A stretch of DNA of 64,000 bases from Octopus sinensis (GCF_006345805.1 NC_043002.1:115010001-115074000), one strand, 5' to 3'. Shown: positions 37,115 through 51,818, counted from the first letter of the stretch. Made by a program: numbers and translations. The notes: generated by a model from the letters alone, not told the origin.

Positions 37115-38975
37115 TGGGAATTTTCTACCTACTTAATAATCTTTGCAACCAATTGAATAATCTTAGCAAACCAAGTGAATAATTTTTGCAACCAAGTGAA
37201 TAACTTTTGCAACTAAGTGAATAATTTCTACAATGAATTTAATACTCTTTACAAGCAATTTAATAATTTTTGCAAGCAATTTAATAATAAAATTAAAAAT
37301 TTTGTACAATATATAAAACAAGGTTGTTATTGTTGAATAAAATTCTAAATTTGAAAAAAGTTCAAAACATATTAGATCAAAGCACCCCATCGAAACTAAA
37401 CTATTTAAAACTTTTTAAAGTTCTAGAAAATAGATTTTTTTTTGTCTATAAGTAAATAAAAATAAACGAAACGGTGAAAATAAACAAGCTTTAAAAAATG
37501 AGTGATTCTACTGCTATGAATGCCGATGACCCTGCTGATGCGAATGAAAATTCAATAATTCTAACGGAGGAAGGCGGCGAGTTGGCAGAACCGTTAGCAC
37601 GCCGGGCGAAATGTATAGCCGTATTTTGTCTGCCGTTACGTTCTGAGTTCAAATTCCGCCGAGGTCGACTTTGCCGTTCATCTTTTCGGGGTCGATTAAA
37701 TAAGTACCAGTTACGCACTCGAATCGATATAATCGACTTAATCCGTTTGTCTGTCCTTGTTTTTCCTCTCTGTGTTTAGCCCCTTGTGGGTAGTAAAGAA
37801 ATAGGTATTTCGTCTGTCGCTACATTCTGAGTTCAAATACCGCTGAGGTCAACTTTGCCTTTCATTATTTCGGATCGATAAATTAAGTAGCAGTTGCGTA
37901 CTGGGATCGATCTAATTGACTGGTCTCCTCCCCCAAAATTTTGAGCCTTGTGCCTAGAGTAGAAAAGAATAATTCTAACAGATGTACAACACCAAAATTG
38001 GAGGAGAAAACCAGTTTCCAATGATGATAGTGAGAGGATTGTGACAAAAACACTGGATGGCTATTCAGTTTCCAATATAGCTTCTAAGTATGGGAAAAAG
38101 TACGGAAAAGTTAACAGTATTGCAAAACAATACCTGAAAACTGGTGCTATACTCCCTTTGAAGCGCGGAAGCGATACGTGTTCTAAATTTAGAAAAGAGG
38201 TTAAAGAGCAATTGCTCGCCTATATAGATCAAAATTGTACTAGCACTTTAAAAAAAAAAAAACTTCCTAATTAGGTCTTGGAGACTTTCGGTATTCAAGT
38301 ATCAATAAGTACTATTGATAAAAACCTTCGTCAGTTTCATTATACTTTAAAAAGGATCGTTCTTCAAAGCACAATTTGAACTCAGGGAGGCATATGCCAC
38401 TGCTTATCGGAATCTTGAAGTGGATAATGATGATAAGGACTTTATCTTTTTAGATGAAGTAGGGTTTTCGGTCGTAAGAGGAATGGGCAATCAGCATATG
38501 TATCTGTACCTGCTGCACGAAGCAGAAACATTTTTGTTGTAGAAGCAATGAATAACTATGGTATGATATAGCATAAAATCCATGAGGGGGCAGTAAATGG
38601 TGATGCTTGTAATTGCCAGAATTCACCACTATGGGAGGTTGTCTGAAGATTTGGAAATAGCTACCTGAAACATTAAGTATCTTCCACAATATTCCCCTTT
38701 TCTCAGCCTCACAGAGAATATTTTCTCTGTTTGGAAGAATTTGGTGATAAGAGGATTTGCTTTTAATGGAATATGTCTTAAGGCACTTATTGAAAACAAG
38801 TTTGGGGAAATAACAGCAGAACACTGTTGGGCCTCTTACAGAAAAGTGTTGGGGTATCATATACGTTTTGCAAAGCGAGAAATAACTATTGAATTAAATT
38901 TATTCTCAATTCTTTTTATATAATTTTTTTATTATCAAATTGTTTGCAAAAATTGTAAGTAGGTAAAAAAATTCA
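37115..38975 (+). mobile_element. IS630/Tc1-type DNA transposon with imperfect ~30-bp TIRs and TA flanks; transposase disrupted
   Basis: Left end AATTTTCTACCTACTTAATAATCTTTGCAA versus right end reverse complement AATTTTTTTACCTACTTACAATTTTTGCAA. The transposase starts at ATG 37498 and resumes in frame after the SINE. Motifs DFIFLDEVGF (38438-38467), GAVN, ARIHH and KYLPQYSPFLSLTENIFSVWKN. Confidence 0.85.
37566..37967 (+). mobile_element. Dimeric SINE family B inserted in the transposase ORF, 12-bp TSD
   Basis: AATAATTCTAAC at 37554-37565 and 37968-37979; removing the insertion restores MSDSTAMNADDPADANENSIILTDVQHQNWRRKPVSNDDSERIVTKTLDG. Confidence 0.92.
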
Positions 38976-38999
38976 TATTTATATATCTCCGTATACACC

Positions 39000-42909
<3,910 letters not shown>

Positions 42910-43132
42910 AATATATATGTTCTTTTCTTTTATTTGCTTCAGACATTTGACTACATCCATGCTGAAGCACCGCCTTAGTTGAACAAATCGACCCCAGGAT
43001 CTAATCTTTGTAAGCCTAGTATTTATTCTATCGGTCTCTTTTGTCGAGCGGCTAAGTTACGGGACGTAGACACGCCAACATCGCTTGTGAAGCAGTGGTG
43101 GGCGAGAAACACAGACATACAAACATATACAC

Positions 43133-43174
<42 letters not shown>

Positions 43175-43320
43175 ATTTATATATAGAGGGCATTATACAT
43201 ACATGCCAGGAGGCATTATACATACATGCCAAACGCTAAGAGGGACAATCAGTCATTTCTACCAAAAATATTACTAATCCCACCGAATGCAATTTTTCAA
43301 AGTAAGACATTTAAAAATAT

Positions 43321-43370
43321 AGACCTGTATCACAGTGATTTCATACTTACGTATAATCATCAGCAGGCCT
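43321..43370 (-). ncRNA. Type I hammerhead ribozyme (copy 1), predicted cleavage between 43328 and 43327
   Basis: Minus strand AGGCCTG-CTGATGA-TT-ATAC GTAA GTAT-GAA-ATCAC T GTGAT-A-CAGGTCT: 7-bp stem I (one G-U), intact CUGAUGA and GAAA, 4-bp stem II, palindromic stem III, AUA cleavage triplet. Confidence 0.8.
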
Positions 43371-43800
43371 GAATGTATTATAAATAAACAACGACCCTGC
43401 CTCGCTTAAGCCGATCAGCTAACTGATCAACATCAACGAAGCACATGGGTGAGTTTATAATATTACATCCGGGTAAATGGCAAACTTTTACGAATTGCAT
43501 TTCGGGAGAGGAAAAGTTTTTTCGGAATAAAAATTTAGCAATTAAGGACAACTACTTAATAAGGAAAACTTAACAAGAAATTGTCAGGTAGATAGCGTAA
43601 AAACCTCATAAGAGAAAAAATTTCGAAAATAATTATTTCTTATTGAACATATTAATTTATATATAGAGGGCATTATACATACATGCCATGAGGCATTATA
43701 CATACATGCCAAACGCTAAGAGGGACAATCAGTCATTTCTACCAAAAATATTACTAATCCCACCGAATGCAATTTTTCAAAGTAAGACATTTAAAAATAT

Positions 43801-43848
43801 AGACCTGTATCACAGTGATTTCATACTTACGTAATCATCAGCAGGCCT
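43801..43848 (-). ncRNA. Type I hammerhead ribozyme (copy 2), predicted cleavage between 43808 and 43807
   Basis: As copy 1, but the stem II region reads T-TAC GTAA GTA-T (U.U at the base). Confidence 0.75.
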
Positions 43849-44277
43849 GAATGTATTATAAATAAACAACGACCCTGCCTCGCTTAAGCCGATCAGCTAA
43901 CTGATCAACATCAACGAAGCACATGGGTGAGTTTATATATATTACATCCGGGTAAATGGCAAACTTTTACGAATTGCATTTCGGGAGAGGAAAAGTTTTT
44001 TCGGAATAAAAATTAGCAATTAAGGACAACTACTTAATAAGGAAAACTTAACAAGAAATTGTCAGGTAGATAGCGTAAAAACCTCATAAGAGAAAAAATT
44101 TCGAAAATAATTATTTCTTATTGAACATATTAATTTATATATAGAGGGCATTATACATACATGCCAGGAGGCATTATACATACATGCCAAACGCTAAGAG
44201 GGACAATCAGTCATTTCTACCAAAAATATACTAATCCCACCGAATGCAATTTTTCAAAGTAAGACATTTAAAAATAT

Positions 44278-44325
44278 AGACCTGTATCACAGTGATTTCA
44301 TACTTACGTAATCATCAGCAGGCCT
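44278..44325 (-). ncRNA. Type I hammerhead ribozyme (copy 3), predicted cleavage between 44285 and 44284
   Basis: Identical to copy 2. Confidence 0.75.
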
Positions 44326-45034
44326 GAATGTATTATAAATAAACAACGACCCTGCCTCGCTTAAGCCGATCAGCTAACTGATCAACATCAACGAAGCACA
44401 TGGGTGAGTTTATATATATTACATCCGGGTAAATGGCAAACTTTTACGAATTGCATTTCGGGAGAGGAAAAGTTTTTTCGGAATAAAAATTTAGCAATTA
44501 AGGACAACTACTTAATAAGGAAAACTTAACAAGAAATTGTCAGGTAGATAGCGTAAAAACCTCATAAGAGAAAAAATTTCGAAAATAATTATTTCTTATT
44601 GAACATATTAATTTATATATAGAGGGCATTATACATACATGCCAGGAGGCATTATACATACATGCCAAACGCTAAGAGGGACAATCAGTCATTTCTACCA
44701 AAAATATTACTAATCCCACCGAATGCAATTTTTCAAAGTAAGACATTTAAAAATATAGATATATATATATATAAGTTACGTCCCCGTAACTTAGCGGTTC
44801 GGCAAAAGAGACCGGTAGAATAAATACTAGGCTTACAAAGATTAGGTCGATACATACGACGGGCTTCTATCAGTTTCCATCTACCAAAATCACTCACAAG
44901 GACTTTGTCGGGCCAAGGCTATAGAAGAAGGTACTTGTCCAAGAGGCCATGCAGTGGGGATGAACCTGAAACCATGTCGTTGGGAAGCAAGATTCTTACC
45001 ACACTCCAACGCCTACGCCATGTATGTATGTATG

Positions 45035-45104
<70 letters not shown>

Positions 45105-45399
45105 TAATATATATATATTATATATATATATTACATGAATGTGTGCGCTTTTGTGAGTGTGTGTGTGTGTGTTTGTGTCTGTGTGTGTCTGTCTGTGTGT
45201 GCCTTTGTGCGTGTGTGTGTTGGCAATGATTCGTGGAATAATACAATATATAAATGATATATAATCTCCAGTCAATATTTGTTGAGTATTAGACACACTC
45301 AAAGCTATTGAGTCGCATGATGCTATTTTAGTTTAAACATAATTAAAGTCGTATTTGTATTGAGGAGATCACGAGGCAAGCTGCACTTTTTCTCATTAG

Positions 45400-46700
45400 A
45401 ATCTTTTACATTATTCCAAGTTGCTGCCAATCTCTTTCTCAATACATACATATTATAATTATGCATCTATTGGTTGTCCAAATACGCTTTTTGCTAACAT
45501 AAATCACCTCCTATTGTGGCACAATGAAAATAGGACGGTCACAACCTACGTCAGTTCCTACACTTTACTTTCTAAACATATCTGATCAAACACTCTTGGA
45601 CAGAAAATAACCCCACATCTCTATTTTGACATTTAACTGTCCATTCCTAAAAAGAGCAATACTTGCACCAATTCGGAATGAACATAGTCCTGAACTACAC
45701 ATAAACGTTTTAATAATAAATACTAAAAGATTGTACAAATATAATGGTTATTTCAGAACTATTTCTGTAGTCAACAACGTACTTTATTATTTTGTTATAG
45801 TCTGAGTCCACTTTCCTCTCATCCACCGCTGTCACCTTAATGTTATTTTTAAAGAACTTTCAGTTAATTTGGTTGAAAGGTAATCTTATCTAACCTTCTT
45901 CATTATCTCTCAACACCTCCTATTATTTCAGTTCCAGTTATTGTTCTGCATTGAGAAGATTTTACATCAACTGTACAAGTATCCCTGACTGATCCACGGC
46001 AATCTTTTTTCTTTTGTCCAGATCCACATTTTAGCATGGCAATAAGATCTCAACTAAAATTGGATTGTCTACCCATTACCTCAAGACATCTTTATCCAAA
46101 TACGCCCACCACCTCCTCATTTGTACTTTATGCCACTTCAAATCAACAGTTAATCGGAACTATTAACTGTCGAATATATTTTTTTGTAAATGTATTTCAA
46201 TTTATCTAACCCTAAAAATTTATGCATTTATGAAATACAAGCATTCTAAGTATTTTTCTTAGATTTCCACACCACCAAATCGACTCTGGAAAAGAATACT
46301 ACCAACAGCACACTAAGGAAATCTCTTACCATTGCAAATATGCCAAGTAACCAACCATATGTAAACCAAAATATAAATCCTTGAATCGGATGCCCTGCAA
46401 GCTCTTTCGTTTTCCACGATCTTACCATTTACAATCTACAAGCTCTTTTGCCTGTCATGCTTGCAATCTCTATCTCATCGTATGATTTAAAAACTATGTA
46501 GCGCACTACAATCTATAATTTCCCTCGCTTTCCACGGTTTACAAGCTCTCTCTCGCCTCCCAATGTCTGTAAGCTATCTCGCCTCTTACGATCTGCCAAC
46601 TCGTTAATCTGCCAAGGTTTGTAAGTTCTCTTTCTTCACATGGTCTGCAATGCAAATTATCACATACATCTTATACGCTGTTTAATGCTTCTCTATTATC
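45400..46700 (-). mobile_element. Very decayed RTE-like LINE endonuclease remnants
   Basis: Broken matches such as SMTGK..ELVD-like repeats (~46400-46650), HEEVVGVFG (~46120) and DVGLF (~45620). The fragment order is not fully colinear. Confidence 0.3.
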
Positions 46701-47368
46701 GCTAATATGTCGATAACGACTTCTCTTTCCTTCTTCAGGGAAATTATCTCATATTTCGTTTGATTCCTGGTTTTGTTTAATATTACAATCAATATACACC
46801 TGCCGTTTTAGTTAACCACTTCTTTATTATTTCAGTTAGTTATCATTATCACTATAATACTGTGTATTTCGTGGTACTTTCGTTGCGACATTAACGACCT
46901 CTCCTGGTGACAGAAGATGCATGGTAGCAGTAATCTATCAAGTGATGCAGAAAGGAATAACTAAAGACTTATGTGCTTATTTCATAAATCTGTCGAAAAA
47001 GAAAACGTAATGATAATAATTGACAATTGAAACTAACAACTTACTAATTACAGCTCTTCACTTACATTTACATTAAATAATAACAAAATATAACAATTAG
47101 AATTCAAGTTTGTATGACAGAAAATGAATAAGTTACTCGATATTTGTAAAGGATACAACAGAAGCATAACTATAAAATTATGTAAGATATCTGTAAAAAG
47201 AACATAAAGTAGAATTCAATCGATTTTTCAAATGAGATAATATGAAATAGATTCAACTGATTTTTTACTATTTGATATAGCGTGAAAACTAATTTCGAAT
47301 GTACAATCGACGGAAAGAATATGTGTATAGGATGTGATACATTTTATATAACTTTTATAATCAATGCT

Positions 47369-47994
47369 CATCATCATCATTGTTCGACCGTGATCGAGAC
47401 AATGGAATTCACTATGTTACGCCAGACTTCACGGTCCATCATAGCATTACGGAGGTCCTGTTGCTGGATGTCTGTATCCCTGGAGATTGCATCAGGGTAG
47501 GAGAGTGTGCGCCCTCTGGTATCGCGAGCAGATGGTTTCCAGGGGAGAAGAGTAGAAATTACCTTTTTTTCAGCTCTACAACAATGTCCAGCAATCTGGA
47601 CTCTTCTACCATTCACAAGAGATGATACAGGTGGTAATTTCCCATATATTTGTACTTTGGTTGGATGACGCTTCCACGAGAGATTTTGAGCTCTCATAAG
47701 GAGGCGAGTGTAAGTTCCATCCAACCGCCTCTCAAGCTTCTTTGATAACGTCCAGGTTTCTGAGCCATATAGTAGAACTGGTTCGACTGTGGCTTTAAGT
47801 TTGAAATCTCTACTTAGATTTGATGACCAGATCTTATACATATCATTACAGGCTGACCAGGCCATATCTTTTCTAGTTAGAAAATCTTTTTCAGATGATG
47901 ATATTTATTACCCAAGATATTTGTAATTAGAAACCATATTTAAGGGCGTATTGTTGAGAGTATGGATGATGAAATAATTGATGATGATTTCATC
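47369..47994 (-). mobile_element. 5'-truncated RTE-clade LINE with (TGA)n tail and 9-bp TSD
   Basis: NYKYLG..AWSACNDMYKIWSS..EPVLLYGSETWTL..RRVQIAGHC..AMMDREVWR C-terminal RT region; ATCAATGCT at 47360-47368 and 47995-48003. Confidence 0.9.
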
Positions 47995-49129
47995 ATCAAT
48001 GCTTCCTTTCATAGTAATTAATAAGACATTGGACTCTTCATTATAAATCTTCAGGGACGTACGTAGAGTTTTCAATATATGCCTCTATGTTAAGTCGGTG
48101 AGCTGGCAAAATCATTTTGTCCGGCATGCTAACGATTCTGCAAGCTCGCCACCTTATACGAGTTACGTAAATTATTAGATTCGGCCCCATGAAATTTAAA
48201 GCTCATCGGTCTCAAATGGCTGATCAGATAGGTGTAAGAACTTCAGTATGACAAACGAAAACTGTGTTGCTATTGGACAATGCATCTCACATGGTTCTTA
48301 AAGGAGAGGAATCGTAATTCAAGCGGCACCAAAGGAGAATCTTTTTCACGGCGTGACTGGACAGGAAGCTGGTGGCGTCTCGCTATATGGCTGGTCTTTG
48401 ATGGGACTTGTGCGACAACGGATCAATGGCCGGAGAGGATGAATGTGTGTGTGGGGGGGTGTTTGTGTGCGAGATGTATGGGTTCATAAATGTAGGTGTC
48501 TAACGCCTATACGTCTGTGTCTGATGTATGTGTGTGGGGGGTGGCGTGTGAGCGCTGATGCCATCAGCACGCTGGTGCGTATGTGTTTGCTAGGATGTGT
48601 GTACGTATGGATGCGAATGGGCATTAGCCATGTGTGACTACTTGCGTGTGCATCAGCTATGTGGTGCCTCAGCTATGTATATCAGCCATGTTTGCAGGAA
48701 TTGTGTCTATGCGTGTGCGCGCATACGTATTTAGGATGCGTGTATGCGTGGGGTGGTGCTTAAAGATGCTTGGCAGATATAAGTACATTCTTGCATTTAT
48801 ACGTATATGTATGAATACGGGTGGAGCTGAACGACAGTCACTTCTTCCCCCCCCCCCACACACACACATACAAACCGAGCTTTCGGAAATTTCTTTTTCT
48901 CAGCGGGTCTCTAGGTTTTCGGTGACGGAGATTCCGAATATGCAAAAAAATCATGTTTTCAAAATTTTAAATTCCCCTACCACCCAACTTTAAAAAAAAA
49001 TTTAACTCCTTTTTTTTTTATTTTACGTGGAAAAATACGGATACTAACAATATGGCAAACACAAAATTAATTAATTTCAAATTTTATATGAACCACTCCA
49101 AATCTGATCCACGCACCCCCCCCACCCGC

Positions 49130-49764
49130 CACTCAGCATGAACGGCTAACACAAGTGAAACAGTATGTTTTAACATATCTATTGTATATGTCGGTGTGGA
49201 GGCGCAATGGCCCAGTGGTTAGGGCAGCGGACTCGCGGTCGTAGGATAGTGGTTTCGATTCCCAGACCGGGCGTTGTGAGTGTTTATTGAGCGAAAACAC
49301 CTAAAAAGCTCCACGAGGCTCCGGCAGGGGATGGTGGCGATCCCTGCTGTACTCTTTCACCACAACTTTCTCTCACTCTTACTTCCTGTTTCTGTTGTAA
49401 CTGTATTTCAAAGGGCCGGCCTTGTCACTCGCTGTGTCACGCTGAATATCCCCGAGAACTACGTTAAGGGTACACGTGTCTGTGGAGTGCTCAGCCACTT
49501 ACACGTTAATTTCACGAGCAGGCTGTTCCGTTGATTCGGATCAACCGGAACCCTCGTCGTCGTAACCGACGGAGTGCTTCCAATCCAATATGTCGGTCTT
49601 GCTTTTTCGTTTGAAAGGTAAACGATTCTCATAGAAGCAAAAATGATATTAAAAATTCTCCGTCATACGTCAACTAAAAACGTTAACATACTTCCAAAAT
49701 TGATCCACACACCCCTGTCATAAAAACGTACTGTTTCACTTGTTTCAGCAGTTCATTTTCAGTG
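49130..49764. mobile_element. MITE-like element with ~35-40-bp imperfect TIRs hosting a SINE C
   Basis: CACTCAGCATGAACGGCTAACACAAGTGAAACAGTATGTTTT versus the right end's reverse complement CACTGAAAATGAACTGCTGAAACAAGTGAAACAGTACGTTTT. Confidence 0.65.
49196..49587 (+). mobile_element. Full-length SINE family C (tRNA-Arg(TCG)-like head), 10-bp TSD
   Basis: GGAGGCGCAATGGCCCAGTGG..ACTCGCGG..GGTTTCGATTCC head; ATATGTCGGT at 49186-49195 and 49588-49597. Confidence 0.92.
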
Positions 49765-50073
49765 AGTTGTAGAGATTGTTATGTAGCTTAAAAAAATTTC
49801 AAGTGGCTCAACAAATTTTGCCAATTATTGTCTCCAGTAATTATCATCCTTCCTTACCTCGAGTTGCTCCAAATTCTTACCAAACGATTGCTTCACCTTC
49901 TCCGGAATCAGATATAATTTCAATGTATGTAGAATTTATGTTGTGCGATATTTAATATACTTTTATTCGCCTTTATCCATGCAACTGACCACTCATAATC
50001 CTTTCTCATTATTCATTGTCGTCTGATTAAACACACACACACATACTCGCACGCAGGCACAAACGTATAATTT

Positions 50074-50116
<43 letters not shown>

Positions 50117-50317
50117 CTTGTGGAATTCAAGTTGTTATAAGAGATTGAAGAAGTTTATACGAATAACTCTAATGCAAATGAGTCTCTACGCCGTCACTCC
50201 ACGTCCGAGAAATAGCAGTCAAATCTCTTTAAAATCACGATTTACAGCTTACAATAAAGAAAGAGCACATTTGACAATGTATACTTAAAGTAACCATGTA
50301 AAGATGGGATGGACGCC

Positions 50318-50720
50318 GACAACGACGACGACGAAGAAGAAGAAGAACAAGAAGAAGAACAAGAACAAGAACAAGAACGAGAAGAAAAAGGAGAAGAAGA
50401 AAAAGAAGAAAAAGAAGAAGGAGGAGGAGAAGAAGAAGAAGAAGAAAAAGAAGAAGAAGAAGAAAAAGAAGAAGGAGGAGGAGAAGAAGAAGAAGAAGAA
50501 GAAGAAAAAGAAGAAGAAGAAGAAGAAGAAGAAGAAGAAAAAGAAGAAGAAGAAGAGAAGAAGAAGAAGAAGAAGAAAAAGAAAAAAAAAGAAGAAGAAG
50601 AAGAAGAAGAAGAAGAAGAAGGAGGAGGAGGAGGAGAAGAAGAAGAAGAAGAAGGAGGAGGAGGAGAAGAAGAAGAAGAAGAAGAAGAAGAAGAAGAAGA
50701 AAAAGAAGAAGAAGAAGAAA
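50318..50720. repeat. ~400-bp (GAA)n/(GGA)n polypurine tract
   Basis: Direct inspection. Confidence 0.95.
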
Positions 50721-51438
50721 AGCAGAGTGAAATTAAATATTGCTTGAAGTATCTCCGTCGAAATAGGATTCCCTCAAAACAAATCGTGTTTCTTCCACCA
50801 CCTATTTACTTGTCAAATATAATTTAGAAAGGACCCATTCAAAATGCCTATTGCATGTATATCCTAATGAAAAGCTGATTTTAATTCCATAAAGGTGACT
50901 GAATATTTTCCGAGTTTATTTGAGTCTTTTGGATGATAATTATTTGTGTTCCATTCTGGCTACTATAGACATGAATGTATGTTTATCAAATAGAACGAGC
51001 TAAGCCGTAATTAGATGACGCCAAATCAAAATAGCTTCTAGTTACAAACAATTCTATATTAGGGAAAAGCAGTTTATATAAATTGAATTTATGCGATAAT
51101 TTGTTGTGGTGGTAATCTAATTACTAAATATAAATTGCCTTCAAATTGAGACTAAATATGTTTCTTCTTCCATCTACTTCACCATCTAAATGATAAGCTA
51201 CATTGTGATTATGACTCAACATACTAGAAATACAGTTTTATTTGCTAGCATGCAGGTGCCTTAGAGACACCTTATGTAAGATTTAGATGATAGCTATTGA
51301 TATTTATATGCGAAAATACTCGAGTTTGAATGATACGTTCCCAACATTTATTTATCTAAGTAGTTTAAAAACTAAATCAATATTTCGTTTGTATGCATTT
51401 ATATATATATATGTGTGTGTGTGTGTGTATACACACAT

Positions 51439-51553
<115 letters not shown>

Positions 51554-51558
51554 CTAGT

Positions 51559-51662
<104 letters not shown>

Positions 51663-51664
51663 GA

Positions 51665-51818
51665 GGCACGGGCGTGGCTGTGTGGTAAGAGCTTTGCTTT
51701 TCAACCACATAGTTTCAGTCTTACAGCTTAGCACTTTGTTTACGTGTCATCTGTTATGGCTGCCGTCCGATTTGGTTGACAGAAACTGAATGAAGGAAAC
51801 TTGTCGTTTTGTATAAAA

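Larger units (their letters stand above)
43172..44759 (-). mobile_element. Retrozyme/Penelope-like tandem array: ~3.3 copies of a ~478-bp unit, each complete copy with a type I hammerhead
   Basis: ATATAGAGGG starts at 43181, 43661, 44139 and 44617 (periods 480, 478, 478); units differ only by a few small indels and a substitution. Hammerhead folds lie at 43321-43370, 43801-43848 and 44278-44325. Confidence 0.8.
42915..45020 (-). mobile_element. SINE family A split by the 478-bp array (tail 42915-43160, head 44851-45020)
   Basis: Tail and head halves flank the array at the SINE's internal (CA)n(TA)n tract. Confidence 0.7.

Noticed and set aside
37135-37290. CRISPR-like periodic repeats
   Set aside because: The units are directly adjacent with no unique spacers, there are no cas genes, and the context is a eukaryotic transposon end.
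37498-37779. ORFs ending in ..LPLRSEFKFRR.. (also 33566-33790 and 24773-25006)
   Set aside because: These are SINE B read-through. Only the first 23 codons at 37498 belong to the transposase.
43172-44759. Pol III promoter for the ribozyme repeat
   Set aside because: No convincing A/B boxes, and the minus strand has many T4+ runs that would terminate Pol III.
50304-50827. Poly-Glu and poly-Lys ORFs
   Set aside because: Both come from the GAA tract, which lacks stops in any frame. There is no flanking domain or splice context.
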